Shown here piece by piece: positions 1 through 11,325 of a stretch of 34,086 nucleotides of DNA. The notes below the pieces were generated by a model. That model ran no database searches, had not been told where the DNA came from, and saw only the letters and a list, made by a program, of their open reading frames with translations. The number at the start of each line of letters is the position of its first letter. Positions within the stretch are counted from its first letter, which is position 1. Source of the stretch: Candidatus Methanophagales archaeon (GTDB lineage Archaea; Halobacteriota; Syntropharchaeia; Alkanophagales; Methanospirareceae); contig JAPWVK010000159.1 of assembly GCA_029241965.1 (NCBI GenBank), positions 1 through 34,086 on the forward strand, written 5' to 3'. The translations under genes and the position numbers were made by a program.

Positions 1-285
1 ATTTTGTTGGATTTTTCGCAGGAATATATGCAGGGTTGGTAGTATTACTTGCGGATAAAATCCTTCCATATTTATGTTGGTGGACTGTGTTGTATTTTCT
101 ATTATTTGTTCTGTTGACGTTTTTTATGGGTTTCTTTGCATCATGATTCTTAATTATATTTGCACTTTAAAGAGGAGATGATTAATTAATTACGACTTCT
201 GTTAATAATCAATTCAATATAAAAATCCCGACTCCTCTTTTGTTCACTTTAGGGAAACGAAAAATGGGGGGGGTAAGATATTGCT

Positions 286-305
286 TCGCAAAAAAAAAAT
301 CAAAG
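286..305 (-). terminator. Oligo-T tract (T10 on minus strand) just downstream of the stop of the CAP-domain gene; archaeal-style terminator candidate
   Basis: A10 at 291-300 on plus strand gives T10 on minus, 28 nt after the stop at 328; a G8 run lies nearby at 265-272. Confidence 0.3.
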
Positions 306-327
306 GGTTCGAATCTATCTGGCAAAA

Positions 328-1197
328 TTAACAGAAATCTTCAGTTATATACACCTTGTCATCCCTTGAAATAGCCACACCAATACCTTCACTTTTCCAA
401 TAGGCTGTTAAAATGTTCTGTCTATGCCCGGGGCTATTCATCCAGCCTTGAACAGTGGATTCCGCAATTTCGTCCTGAGAGTTCCAATCATAAGAGGGAA
501 TTCCGCCATAGTATGTTACCGAACTGTATAAATTGTTCTGAAAAATATTTTCAGCACCCTTATAGATGTAGTTTCCCACACGTACATCACAATTAAAGCC
601 TTCTTGTTGGTATCTATAAGAAAAATCATGCCCTTCTGGATCGCTATGAGCAAAATAGTTTCTATTCGCCATATCTTGACTGTGCTTTCTCGCAATAACG
701 CTCAATTTGTCATTCCAAGCTAATGTCGGCAATCCTCGTTTTTCTCTTTCTTCGTTTATCAGGTCGTGGATTTGTTTTTCTAATTCTTGAATATTGATTT
801 CTGGTTTTGATGAAGTCACAGAAGGCGAATAATTGCCTGTTTCGTTCCACCAACTACCAACATCTTCACCTACACTTTGAAAAGATGATTGCATTCCATC
901 AGATTGGAAAGCAGGATATAAGAAATAACCAGCAACTGCTAAAATTGCTAGGGCAATTATAGCCTTTTTAATTTTCATTTCTCTTTCTTTTCTATATTTG
1001 TATCTCAGTTTTCTATAAGCAATAGTGCCTTGACCACCGAGATGTTCAATGTAATATCTGTAATGCTCCCCCGTAAGGTAAATGCCTTCCCAGCGACCAG
1101 TTTTATCTGCCATCTTGTATGCTCTTTTATAAACCCATTGGGGTATTTTCGTTTCGTCTATTTCTTCCCAACCGGTTAAATCAATTTTTCTTGGCAT
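328..1197 (-). CDS. Membrane-anchored CAP/SCP/PR-1-like domain protein
   Basis: C-terminal region has CAP-family signatures (ARKHSQDMANRNYFAHSDPEG ... SPGHRQNIL, cf. HNxxR and GHYTQ motifs); one TM helix (KKAIIALAILAVAGYFLY) after a basic cytoplasmic N-terminus. Confidence 0.5.
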   Translation of the reverse strand: MPRKIDLTGWEEIDETKIPQWVYKRAYKMADKTGRWEGIYLTGEHYRYYIEHLGGQGTIAYRKLRYKYRKEREMKIKKAIIALAILAVAGYFLYPAFQSDGMQSSFQSVGEDVGSWWNETGNYSPSVTSSKPEINIQELEKQIHDLINEEREKRGLPTLAWNDKLSVIARKHSQDMANRNYFAHSDPEGHDFSYRYQQEGFNCDVRVGNYIYKGAENIFQNNLYSSVTYYGGIPSYDWNSQDEIAESTVQGWMNSPGHRQNILTAYWKSEGIGVAISRDDKVYITEDFC

Positions 1198-1226
1198 ATT
1201 TTATTCCCTTTTTCGGATACAATAAC

Positions 1227-1574
1227 CTATATTTTTTCCCATTCTTTACGAATTTTGTAGGAATCGTTTTCTCCGAATATTATCGTTCTTCTGAGCTTTT
1301 TCAAAGCTTCTACTCTTTTTTGAGTCTTCGGACGAACCCATAAAAGACGATATATAAGATATATAAGATATGAAAAAATGAAGATTGAGATGATAAGTAG
1401 AGAAAACCGTAAACCAGAAATGATGGAAGTGATGTTATTAGCTGGTAAATTAGTTGTTCCTGCTGCAAATATAAGGGCTGTAATTGAAAGTGCAACTGCT
1501 ACAAGCAGAGTGATAGTTGGGGTAGTACTATCTTGGCTATTTTGTATTCTCTGTCGAGTAGAGCTCATAGCCAT
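1227..1574 (-). CDS. Small hypothetical membrane protein (2 predicted TM)
   Basis: ORF with two hydrophobic helices; overlaps the upstream gene by 10 nt, which suggests co-transcription. Confidence 0.3.
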   Translation of the reverse strand: MAMSSTRQRIQNSQDSTTPTITLLVAVALSITALIFAAGTTNLPANNITSIISGLRFSLLIISIFIFSYLIYLIYRLLWVRPKTQKRVEALKKLRRTIIFGENDSYKIRKEWEKI

Positions 1575-2221
1575 CTCCTCCCGGAAGCTACTATGAGCCC
1601 CCTCACAGAACCGGACTTGAGGTTTTCCCTCATCCAGCTCTTCGGAAGAACCTCCCTACCCTTTACCGGATAGGTTATGAGTCCAGTTTTGTTGCCACCC
1701 TTTACCAGCCTCTTTGTGCGGTGGATGTGTCCCTGACCCAACGGTTCAACCGCCAGCCCCTTCCCTCCACGGGCATTACCCCGCTTCTCCGGTACTATGA
1801 ACTGGTCCGACTCCCAGAGTGTCGTCTGCACTATCTTACCGTTTATATGTTTGATAGGACATACTCCGGTAAGGAGAACACCCCGGGTCTCCCGAGTTAA
1901 CATAATATCCATTTGATACCGTGCCACGGTCTCAGACCCCGTCGGGCTCGCATCGCATCGCCACGTCCTATTAAGACTATCGGCGATGAGAGTACTGCCT
2001 TCCGCCAACCAAACAGCGTCGGCCACCGACACAATAAGAATTTCGTGGCTGAATCCCTTCACTTGCGTTGCAGCCCAGTATCCCATTCCCCTAGCTTCAC
2101 CACAGCCTGTTACCAGGCTGGATGCAAGGTTCAGTTCTGAGGTGGCGGCTAACCTTTCCTCAGGTTGGATTTCCACCAACTGGATATTATGAACTTTGCT
2201 CGGCACTCCCCCCCCAAACAT
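1565..2221 (-). CDS. Hypothetical protein, weak metallophosphoesterase-like C-terminus (GQGHIHR)
   Basis: 218-aa ORF; a GHxH-like motif near the C-terminus, other phosphoesterase motifs not convincingly present; poly-C8 tract (2208-2215) inside its first codons. Confidence 0.3.
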   Translation of the reverse strand: MFGGGVPSKVHNIQLVEIQPEERLAATSELNLASSLVTGCGEARGMGYWAATQVKGFSHEILIVSVADAVWLAEGSTLIADSLNRTWRCDASPTGSETVARYQMDIMLTRETRGVLLTGVCPIKHINGKIVQTTLWESDQFIVPEKRGNARGGKGLAVEPLGQGHIHRTKRLVKGGNKTGLITYPVKGREVLPKSWMRENLKSGSVRGLIVASGRRWL

Positions 2222-2292
2222 CTCCAGAACTCTGTACGAACACTAAATCCCTTTACCTGTAACTACGATACTCTGATATACGATACAACCGT

Positions 2293-4026
2293 TCACACAT
2301 CCAACCTGAATATCTTCACCTCTTTGCTCTGATAAAACGGCATGTAACCCTCGATAGAGGGGTTAGTCCATAACCGGTAATAGTTAGTCCGATTTGTGAG
2401 CTCGTTCCGCCCGACCAATCGCCCGTTATCATCAAAATACATCCTGATTGACTCATTACTGGGTGTCAGACTGTAACCCGTGGCATAACCCATTATAGGT
2501 GTCAGATAAGCATCGTACTGAAAAAGCATCAGGTACACTTCCGAGCTATTATGCTTCTGTTTGAGTGTTCGCGCAATCTGCAAGCCTTTGTCCGGGTCCG
2601 TTGCCACGATGACCGCAGAAACCGCTTTTACTGTCTCATCAGGAATGTACATCTGGTCAATTACAGGCCTACGTTTCGCGAAATACGCCAATGAATTGCC
2701 GTGGTCCCACCAGTTGATAAATAGCGAATCTGCGGCTGTGTTGTTCTGGATGTACAAAAATGCTGCTTTCTTTTCTGGTTGGATGATATATCCGCCTGGA
2801 TAGCGCACTTCATTTACGGAACAAATGACAGGATTTACGAATGCGATGACTATGATTACGATAACAGCCACACTCGCAAGCTTTTTCCATACCGATTTTT
2901 GCCGTTCCTGCCCCTGTATTCTTTCTAATATGAACGAGGCACCGATGCCAAGCGAGATGTACACGAACATCGAGAACATATCCATGAAATGGTACGCCCG
3001 AACTGCCGGCATCATGGTAGCGAGCAGTGCGGCAAGGAGATACAAACCACTTCTTCCATCGCGTTTGTAAAGGCCATACACACCAACTGCGGTCATGACA
3101 AGCCCAACCAGCAGAAATGTCCCGAAAAGCGATTCAAAACTTTCTATGCGCGGCGGCATAAGGTCGCTTGTGAATTTATAGACCAAAGGACCTTCTGCAA
3201 ATCCCAGCATCTGTGCCGCTCTCAAGATTTCCACGGGTCCACGCACCGGATAGAGAATCAGCGCTATTATAGTGCCAAAGAACAGCGAGGAACAGATGAG
3301 CACCCACGTTTTCGGCAGATAACTCTTATATTGTTTCATAGAATCACGCTTGACCAAAACGGAAGTGGTTAAAAGGAGTGCATAAAAGATCAGTATCGCA
3401 TGAATGATGAAATATCCACCCCACGTGAAACCTGTGATGCCAATAAGAGCTGCGGGAGTGAGTATAGAAGCCAAATAGATAGCTCGATCCTTGAATCCCC
3501 TCGGAAACGGATTATCAACAGTTTTTAGTGCGTACCAAAAAGCGACAACCGTTAATAAGATTAGAAACAGAGAAAGAGCGTCGTGGAAGACGAACCCTTT
3601 CATGGTGCGTAAGATCAGAATATGAGAGAATGACGCGAGCACACCCGCAATGATTCCCGCAGACTTATTAAATAGGCTCGTTGCAAACCAGTATATAACC
3701 AGCACGGTAGCAGCACCGAGTAAGGGCGGCACCAGACCCTCAGCGATAATCATGCTTGGTTGCGAGAATTTGTAAGGAATGAGATCAATCAACCAGCCCA
3801 CGAAGGCAAGAAGATAAGCCATACCGGGCTGATATAACGGCGCTGAACTGAACGGGTCAGGAACTGCAGGATGTCCAAACGAATAGATATATTCTGCCTG
3901 TCTTGCCATATAAGCATCGTTATCCCATTTTGTCTCCCAAGTACCACCTAAAAAGCGTATGGCGAATGCTAAAATAAAGAGCAAGATAAAAGGAAACAGC
4001 TCTTCTATCTTCTTTCTTGCACTCAT
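2293..4026 (-). CDS. aglB: Archaeal oligosaccharyltransferase AglB (STT3 family, short type)
   Basis: Multi-TM N-terminal domain with first-loop motif WDNDAYMARQAEYIY (cf. STT3 DxD/DPDxYYHxR loop), a WWDHG variant of the catalytic WWDYG motif, and a DPDKGLQI DK-type motif in the C-terminal soluble domain; 577 aa. Confidence 0.65.
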   Translation of the reverse strand: MSARKKIEELFPFILLFILAFAIRFLGGTWETKWDNDAYMARQAEYIYSFGHPAVPDPFSSAPLYQPGMAYLLAFVGWLIDLIPYKFSQPSMIIAEGLVPPLLGAATVLVIYWFATSLFNKSAGIIAGVLASFSHILILRTMKGFVFHDALSLFLILLTVVAFWYALKTVDNPFPRGFKDRAIYLASILTPAALIGITGFTWGGYFIIHAILIFYALLLTTSVLVKRDSMKQYKSYLPKTWVLICSSLFFGTIIALILYPVRGPVEILRAAQMLGFAEGPLVYKFTSDLMPPRIESFESLFGTFLLVGLVMTAVGVYGLYKRDGRSGLYLLAALLATMMPAVRAYHFMDMFSMFVYISLGIGASFILERIQGQERQKSVWKKLASVAVIVIIVIAFVNPVICSVNEVRYPGGYIIQPEKKAAFLYIQNNTAADSLFINWWDHGNSLAYFAKRRPVIDQMYIPDETVKAVSAVIVATDPDKGLQIARTLKQKHNSSEVYLMLFQYDAYLTPIMGYATGYSLTPSNESIRMYFDDNGRLVGRNELTNRTNYYRLWTNPSIEGYMPFYQSKEVKIFRLDV

Positions 4027-4063
4027 GGCTTTACACCATTTTTTCTGTGTCTTTTCAAATGAG

Positions 4064-5977
<1,914 letters not shown>

Positions 5978-6032
5978 CTATCTATTTATGTGAGATACAT
6001 TTAAATAAATCAGCATTAAAATTGCTGTATTT

Positions 6033-6184
6033 GTATAGCAAATTTTTAAAACCACGAGATTCCACAAGATCAACACAAGAAATAGGGATTAATGTGGGAT
6101 AATGTGGCCTATGGTATACTAAAATCTGGTTACTGCCCTTCTATTCTCGTGGAAATCGGTAAAATCTTGTGGTTAACTAAACAA
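6033..6184 (+). repeat. Interspersed intergenic repeat, copy A (left arm tgtatagcaaat..aaaccacgagattccacaagat, right arm ttctcgtggaaatcggtaaaatcttgtggttaactaaacaa)
   Basis: Same bipartite element also at 12291-12449 (+), 13971-14120 (-) and 33838-33994 (+); the arms contain mutually inverted ccacgag/ctcgtgg motifs. Confidence 0.5.
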
Positions 6185-6444
6185 TCACAAATTGCTCTCC
6201 ACCATCTATATTTTATCGTATAACCAAGCGGACAGTTTGATCTCGAAAGATGATGTTGGGCAAGTCACGAAGTATAAATAGAGGAAATAAAAATTAAAAT
6301 AGTGATTTGAAATGGAAGAGAGGTTTTGATATGTGATAAATGTTGATAGAAAGTTGGTTTGGGAATGAAGGAATCCGAGACAAAATCAGGGAAAAGAGAT
6401 AGTGATAGCGTGGCGAACAAAAGAAAAGATTCTGGTGTGTTGAA

Positions 6445-6696
6445 ATGGAGATAGAATTTCCATATGTGGAAGAGGAAAGCAGTGTGTTGGAGACAGTAAA
6501 GAGGCCCCGCATCAAGAGGGATGCTCTTTCGGAACTGGTAAGCGATTGGGTTACTATAGATGAGGTTTTGGTGGATACCGGTGCTGATTTCTGTGTGCTG
6601 CCAAAGTATATCGGTGAGACACTGGTTAAGGACATAACAACCGGCAATTTACCTCTTACGAAAATACCCCTTTCAGCCCAGTACTGTCCACCATGA
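6445..6696 (+). pseudogene. 3'-truncated retropepsin-like aspartic protease paralog (DTGAD active-site motif retained)
   Basis: 83-aa ORF, EFPYVEEES...LVDTGADFCVLPKYIGETLVKD aligns to the N-terminal ~80 aa of the 145-aa protease at 21699-22136 (FEYTEKES...LADTGADISVLPRDVGDLLIED) but ends early where it overlaps the convergent membrane-protein gene; a degenerate remnant of the partner small ORF lies just upstream (6400-6460). Confidence 0.45.
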
Positions 6697-7603
6697 TCAT
6701 ATTCAACCGTACCACTAACGCGAAAGAGAGCCCGAGGACCTCCCCGTTTGGTATGCCAAGCAGGAGGAACATCACCGCCGTTGTGCCTTCCATTAGCCCC
6801 AATCCCGACACTGTTACAGGCACGAACCTGAGAAGGGTAATCAAAGGATGCAGAAGGAAATAAGTCAAAAAGCTTAATTCGGTGATGCCCAGCGATAAAC
6901 CAATGAGCTGCCATTGAAGCGCCAGAAGTATCCAGCAGATGAAATATATAATGAGGATAACAGGAAGGCTATCCCGAATCGAAAGACTCTTATCCTTCAT
7001 ATTCTGAAAATCGTCCTTGAATTTCTTGATGTATGGTATCTTAGCGAGTAGATTGCTCGATAACGATTCATCTGTCCACAATATCCAGAGCATAACCACA
7101 CCCAAGCCACCAAAAATACAGCCGCCTATACACAATGATACCAGCACATTTGTGCTTATATTCACAGAAACCGCAGTGATAAAGAATATTAAGCCGAGGA
7201 AGCCGCCTACGACTTTCAAAACGAACTCTATACCCTGCGGTGCCAGAATTGCTGCCATACCGTGGGAAATACTGCAATTTGTACGATTCTTCAAGAAATA
7301 CGGTACAAGAAAAAACCCAGACCTGCCTGGCGTAACATCCGAGGCTATCATACCAGCAATGTGTGCAAAGAACGAATGCGTGAAACTAACCTTATTGCCC
7401 ATCGTACCCAGCAGGTAGTAAAGACGATACGCCATAATGAGGTTGTAGCAGAGATAGGAAATAGCTGCGGCTACGAATAATAAAATGTTTACACCTCTTA
7501 TCGCTGCTAACACCTCATGGATGTCTATCTTATAAAACAGAAGTGCGAGTATCGTTATTCCTATAAATACCTGGACGAATCTTCTTTTATTGTTCATAAA
7601 CAT
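6656..7603 (-). CDS. Flippase-like membrane protein (UPF0104 / lysyl-PG-synthase TM-domain family)
   Basis: ~8 TM helices, N-terminal pattern ILALLFYKIDIHEVLAAIRGVNILLFVAAAISYL...YRLYYLL typical of this family; 315 aa. Confidence 0.45.
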   Translation of the reverse strand: MFMNNKRRFVQVFIGITILALLFYKIDIHEVLAAIRGVNILLFVAAAISYLCYNLIMAYRLYYLLGTMGNKVSFTHSFFAHIAGMIASDVTPGRSGFFLVPYFLKNRTNCSISHGMAAILAPQGIEFVLKVVGGFLGLIFFITAVSVNISTNVLVSLCIGGCIFGGLGVVMLWILWTDESLSSNLLAKIPYIKKFKDDFQNMKDKSLSIRDSLPVILIIYFICWILLALQWQLIGLSLGITELSFLTYFLLHPLITLLRFVPVTVSGLGLMEGTTAVMFLLLGIPNGEVLGLSFALVVRLNMIMVDSTGLKGVFS

Positions 7604-7639
7604 TTATTTAAAAAGAAAGCTTTACCAAAGAAATAAAAT

Positions 7640-7683
7640 TTTTTCTTTTAGTGCAGGTTTTCTTTTTATAAAAAGAAAAAGTG
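7640..7683 (+). promoter_or_regulatory. Palindromic A/T-rich promoter-like motif (ttttctttttataaaaagaaaa) preceding tRNA-Leu
   Basis: Perfect 11+11 palindrome with TATA-like centre ending 3 nt before the tRNA; near-identical motifs at 14126-14172 (+) and 33884-33936 (-). Confidence 0.35.
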
Positions 7684-7686
7684 CAT

Positions 7687-7769
7687 GCGGAGGTCGCCGA
7701 GTGGACAAAGGCGTGAGGTTCAGGGCCTCATCCCGTAGGGGTTCGGGAGTTCGAATCTCCCCCTCCGCA
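7687..7769 (+). tRNA. tRNA-Leu (anticodon CAG), class II with long variable arm
   Basis: Acceptor GCGGAGG/CCTCCGC, D-arm GCCG..GGCG, anticodon stem TGAGG/CCTCA with loop TTCAGGG, 13-nt variable arm, T-arm CGGGA GTTCGAATC TCCCG (5' GTTCGAATC 3' loop), discriminator A. Confidence 0.85.
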
Positions 7770-7804
7770 TCAAAGAACATAACAGAGCCTTAGAAAAGGA
7801 AGAA

Positions 7805-8776
7805 ATGAAAGATAGCGAACCGATGGCGATATTGGAAAGGAACGTAGAGGAGATAGTAACGAGCGCAGATTTGAAAGAGGCTCTGGCATCACTGCCTGAC
7901 TCTAAAGATAAACTAAGAGCGTATGTGGGCTTTGAACCAAGCGGCGTAGTGCACATTGGGCATTTACCCCTAATAAACAAGTTGCGGGAGCTGCAACGCA
8001 TTGGCTTTCATGTAATCGTGCTGCTTGCCGATATGCACGCGTACCTGAACGAAAAAGGTACTTTCGAAGCAATAAGAGATACTGCGGAATACAATAAGAA
8101 ATGTTTTGCAGCGGCGGGCTTGAGTGACGAGACCGAATTTATCTTCGGAGCTTCTTTTCAGATGCAAGAAGACTATATGCTGAACGTATTAAAGCTTGCA
8201 ACGGTGACAACCGAGAAGCGAGCGCGGCGGAGCATGGATGAACTTTCGCGTAGCAAGGAAGATCGGAAAGTATCGCAACTGATATATCCATTGATGCAAG
8301 CCGTAGACATTGCAGCCCTTGATATAGATGTAGCAGTGGGCGGCATAGACCAGCGGAAAATACACATGCTTGCAAGAGAGAACCTCCCAAAATTAGGCTT
8401 TAAAGCACCTATTTGTATTCATACCCCGCTGTTAATCGGGTTGGATGGCGAGAAGATGTCCTCTTCATTGGGTAATTTTATTTCCGTGCATGAGCTGGTG
8501 GAAGACGTGGAGACCAAGATAAAAGCTGCTTTTTGCCCTCCTGAAATAGCAGACGGCAATCCTGTACTGCAAATCTACAAGCACACTATATTCCCGGTTG
8601 TGGAAGAAGTGCGGATTGAACGGCCGGCAAAATATGGCGGTGACGTAAATTATAATCGGTACGCGGATTTAGAACGTGATTATACCGGGGGAAAATTGCA
8701 CCCGCTGGATGTGAAAACAACTGCTGCGAGGTATCTGAATGAGATACTGGCGCCTATCAGGAATAGATTGCAATAG
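7805..8776 (+). CDS. tyrS: Tyrosine--tRNA ligase (archaeal/eukaryal type)
   Basis: HIGH motif (VHIGHLPL) and KMSKS motif (KMSSSLGN); 323 aa, typical archaeal TyrRS. Confidence 0.9.
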   Translation: MKDSEPMAILERNVEEIVTSADLKEALASLPDSKDKLRAYVGFEPSGVVHIGHLPLINKLRELQRIGFHVIVLLADMHAYLNEKGTFEAIRDTAEYNKKCFAAAGLSDETEFIFGASFQMQEDYMLNVLKLATVTTEKRARRSMDELSRSKEDRKVSQLIYPLMQAVDIAALDIDVAVGGIDQRKIHMLARENLPKLGFKAPICIHTPLLIGLDGEKMSSSLGNFISVHELVEDVETKIKAAFCPPEIADGNPVLQIYKHTIFPVVEEVRIERPAKYGGDVNYNRYADLERDYTGGKLHPLDVKTTAARYLNEILAPIRNRLQ

Positions 8777-8871
8777 CAAATTTGGGAAAGAAAGCTTTAC
8801 TAAAGAAAAAGAAAGGGTAATATAAAAGTGTACATTGAAACCGCGGTAAAGGAGAATAGGAGGGATAGGGA

Positions 8872-10191
8872 ATGGTAGCAGCTATCATAGCCTTCGTTGT
8901 GTTTATAATCGGGGCAGGTCTATCATGGGAAATATGGCAAGGAATCAAAAAAGCAGAAGAACCTATTGAGAATCAAGAAAAAGCATTTAAGGAAAAACGT
9001 GAAGAGCTTAGAGTCTTATATTCAGAATTAGGGGTAATCCCTATGGATGAAAGAGATACAAAACGAAAAGAAATCCAGAACAAGCGTAATGAACTTCGGA
9101 CGGAAAGAGAGAAATTAACTAAAAAAGTAGAAACAGAGCAAGTAGGAAATTACTTAAAGCTCATATCCACTATAGTTGGAACGTTTTATCTAATGATACT
9201 TATTCTGATAACGGGAGCAGAGAAAGGATTGGGGCTTTTTTCGTGGATGATGATTTGGGCTCTACCAATAGTGATTGCATTCTATATTCTATCAAGTATT
9301 AAAACGGTAGGCGCAGACGAAAAGGGATTAAAGCTTTTCATGGATTTACCTTATCAAGAAGCAAAAAGTGGTCCAAATTTTGTTCCCCTTCAGTTGGTTC
9401 AACTGCTAAAATTACCGACTACCGTTAATTATTTGAAATTTGAGGAAGATACAGTAATGCTTACAGGACCAGAATCACAGCCATTACGACTTAATTTTTC
9501 TTTAAAATGGAATATAAAACAACTATTTGATGCCGTGACCACCCTTGGAATGAGTATGGATAAAATCAGCGGCAAGCTTGAAGGACCACCAGAAGGAAGT
9601 GGGGAAAAAGGAATATTAAGAGACAGAGTGGCTGAGATAAGCCGTTCTTTCTTTGCTAAATTAACAGGAAAAGATGCTCTTGATAAGGCATTAGGAAGCC
9701 GTGAAGAACTCGTAGGAGCGCTAAACGAGCAACTCAGGGATATGCTAGAATACCACGGAATTGAATGTGATGTGATAGTTGGTGATATAAATCCCGCAGA
9801 TGAAATGGTCAAAGCCCGGCTCGATAAGACTACGACTAAAGTGGAAGTGGAAACTGCGAAAGAAAAGCGTAAAGTGAAATTTGAAGAAGGGGCAGCGAAG
9901 ATAGATGTTATCAAACATCTTAAACAAGAAATACCGGAAGCTGAAAGAATAGTTCCCTTGATCTCAGTAATGATGCTTGGTGAAGATGCGATTGGAAAAT
10001 TGATGGAGGGTGCGGGGAAATTGAATATTTATTTAGCGCCGGCGTTACAAGAACTCTTTGCCGCTCTTAAAGGCGGTTCTACACCAGAAATTAATGAATC
10101 AACGCAAAAACTATTAGAATTTTCGGAAGATGAAATAAGAAGTCTAATAGAGTTTGCAAAGACTTTATCAGGCAAAGATGAGAAAAAATGA
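8872..10191 (+). CDS. Membrane protein with coiled-coil region and SPFH/band-7-like C-terminal domain
   Basis: N-terminal TM, charged coiled-coil (EEPIENQEKAFKEKREELR...), 3 further TM helices, then a region resembling SPFH (CDVIVGDINPADEMVKARLDKTTTKVEVETAKEKRKVKFEEGAAKIDVIK...). Confidence 0.35.
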   Translation: MVAAIIAFVVFIIGAGLSWEIWQGIKKAEEPIENQEKAFKEKREELRVLYSELGVIPMDERDTKRKEIQNKRNELRTEREKLTKKVETEQVGNYLKLISTIVGTFYLMILILITGAEKGLGLFSWMMIWALPIVIAFYILSSIKTVGADEKGLKLFMDLPYQEAKSGPNFVPLQLVQLLKLPTTVNYLKFEEDTVMLTGPESQPLRLNFSLKWNIKQLFDAVTTLGMSMDKISGKLEGPPEGSGEKGILRDRVAEISRSFFAKLTGKDALDKALGSREELVGALNEQLRDMLEYHGIECDVIVGDINPADEMVKARLDKTTTKVEVETAKEKRKVKFEEGAAKIDVIKHLKQEIPEAERIVPLISVMMLGEDAIGKLMEGAGKLNIYLAPALQELFAALKGGSTPEINESTQKLLEFSEDEIRSLIEFAKTLSGKDEKK

Positions 10192-10847
10192 CTGAAGCAC
10201 TTCTGGCGCTGGTAGTTGATCTCAGTATAGCAGGTGTAATTTTCTTAATCTGGTACTTCTATAAGGACTCAAAAGCGCCGAAAACAGAAGGAAAAACAAA
10301 AACCGCCGAAGCGCCGACAACACCAGCTCCAGAGAAAGAATTTCCTTGGGGACTAATTATTGGAGGAATAATATTGATAATAGCAATAATAGCAATTGCT
10401 TCTGTTGTCAGTAACTTGGACAGCCAGCCAGCTCCTAAGAAAACAACTAAAACAGAAGAAATAGTAACAGTCAGAGTATACGCTAACGGCTATACTTGCG
10501 CTGTAACTCCCTTTTTTGAAAAAGGACAAACAATCGTAATTACAGCCACTGGAAACATTTTAGATTCGACAAATCAAAACAGAATTGGTCCTGAAGGATA
10601 TCAGTCAGACCCGATAAATATTCAAGGGTATAAAAAATGCATGAGTAATATCAGATATAGAGCATTGATCGGATATTTTGAAGGAGACTCTGGGCATTGT
10701 TTCCATATTGGAACAAGTATGAGCATTGAAGCAGAAAGATCAGGAATACAAACAATCTGTTTTACTACTAATAAAGTCAACGAGCTACGCAATAACTACG
10801 AAAATGACAGCGGATATTACACAGTGACAATCAGAGTAGTCGATTAG
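10188..10847 (+). CDS. Membrane-anchored protein with C-terminal PA-IL (LecA)-like lectin domain
   Basis: Start overlaps previous stop (ATGA), suggesting an operon; TM helix, Pro/Thr linker, then ~120 aa that align by eye to Pseudomonas LecA/PA-IL (GQTIVITATGN..IGPEGY vs GDVITIVAAGW..WGPQGD; ALIGYFEGDSG vs ALVMKIGNSG; YENDSGYYTVTIRV vs YGNNSGSFSVNIG). Confidence 0.4.
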   Translation: MTEALLALVVDLSIAGVIFLIWYFYKDSKAPKTEGKTKTAEAPTTPAPEKEFPWGLIIGGIILIIAIIAIASVVSNLDSQPAPKKTTKTEEIVTVRVYANGYTCAVTPFFEKGQTIVITATGNILDSTNQNRIGPEGYQSDPINIQGYKKCMSNIRYRALIGYFEGDSGHCFHIGTSMSIEAERSGIQTICFTTNKVNELRNNYENDSGYYTVTIRVVD

Positions 10848-10895
10848 AGCAAAATCAACAAATCAAATCCCCAAAAAACAAAAAAATGAAAAATG

Positions 10896-10945
10896 GACAG
10901 AAATTTGAAATTTCAATCAAATTGATTTCAAAAATCTGTCCTCTT
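10896..10945 (+). terminator. Dyad-symmetry element followed by T8, candidate terminator of the 8872-10847 operon
   Basis: ttgaaatttcaatcaaattgatttcaa palindromes followed by cctcttttttttatc. Confidence 0.25.
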
Positions 10946-11325
10946 TTTTTTATCAAAATTTTATGGTATTCTAAATGCTATTATGGCAGAAATTAGCGTT
11001 AGTAATTGACCTTTGTATAATATAGAAGCATTTTTCTGAAAAGGTTAAAGACCACCGAAAGCAATCACCAGAACCATAGAAAAAAACCAGGTAAGGACTG
11101 CTGTCGGTATAATAGCATTGATAATAGTGATAACAGCAATTGCCCTTCTTGCCACCAATTCCAGTGATAATTCCCGTAAAATCCCTGCAAAATTCACCAA
11201 AACGGTCAGTCCATATCAAGTCACACAAAACCCAGACGGATCAGTAACTTTGACAGCAGACGCAAAAGAAAAAACATTTACTCCTTCTCAGCGCTCTCGG
11301 TGATCTAAGCGGTAAACAAATAGGA

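Noticed and set aside
303-322. GGTTCGAATC T-loop-like motif, a possible tRNA 3' fragment or integration att site
   Set aside because: No complementary T-stem or acceptor stem around it; it matches only the 9-nt loop consensus, so it is most likely chance.
6294-6914. 206-aa minus-strand ORF
   Set aside because: Overlaps the retropepsin-like fragment on the other strand and the flippase-like gene; its translation lacks any recognisable features and it spans the intergenic repeat-free spacer, so it is likely spurious.
7720-8001. 93-aa minus-strand ORF
   Set aside because: Overlaps tRNA-Leu and the 5' end of tyrS; spurious.
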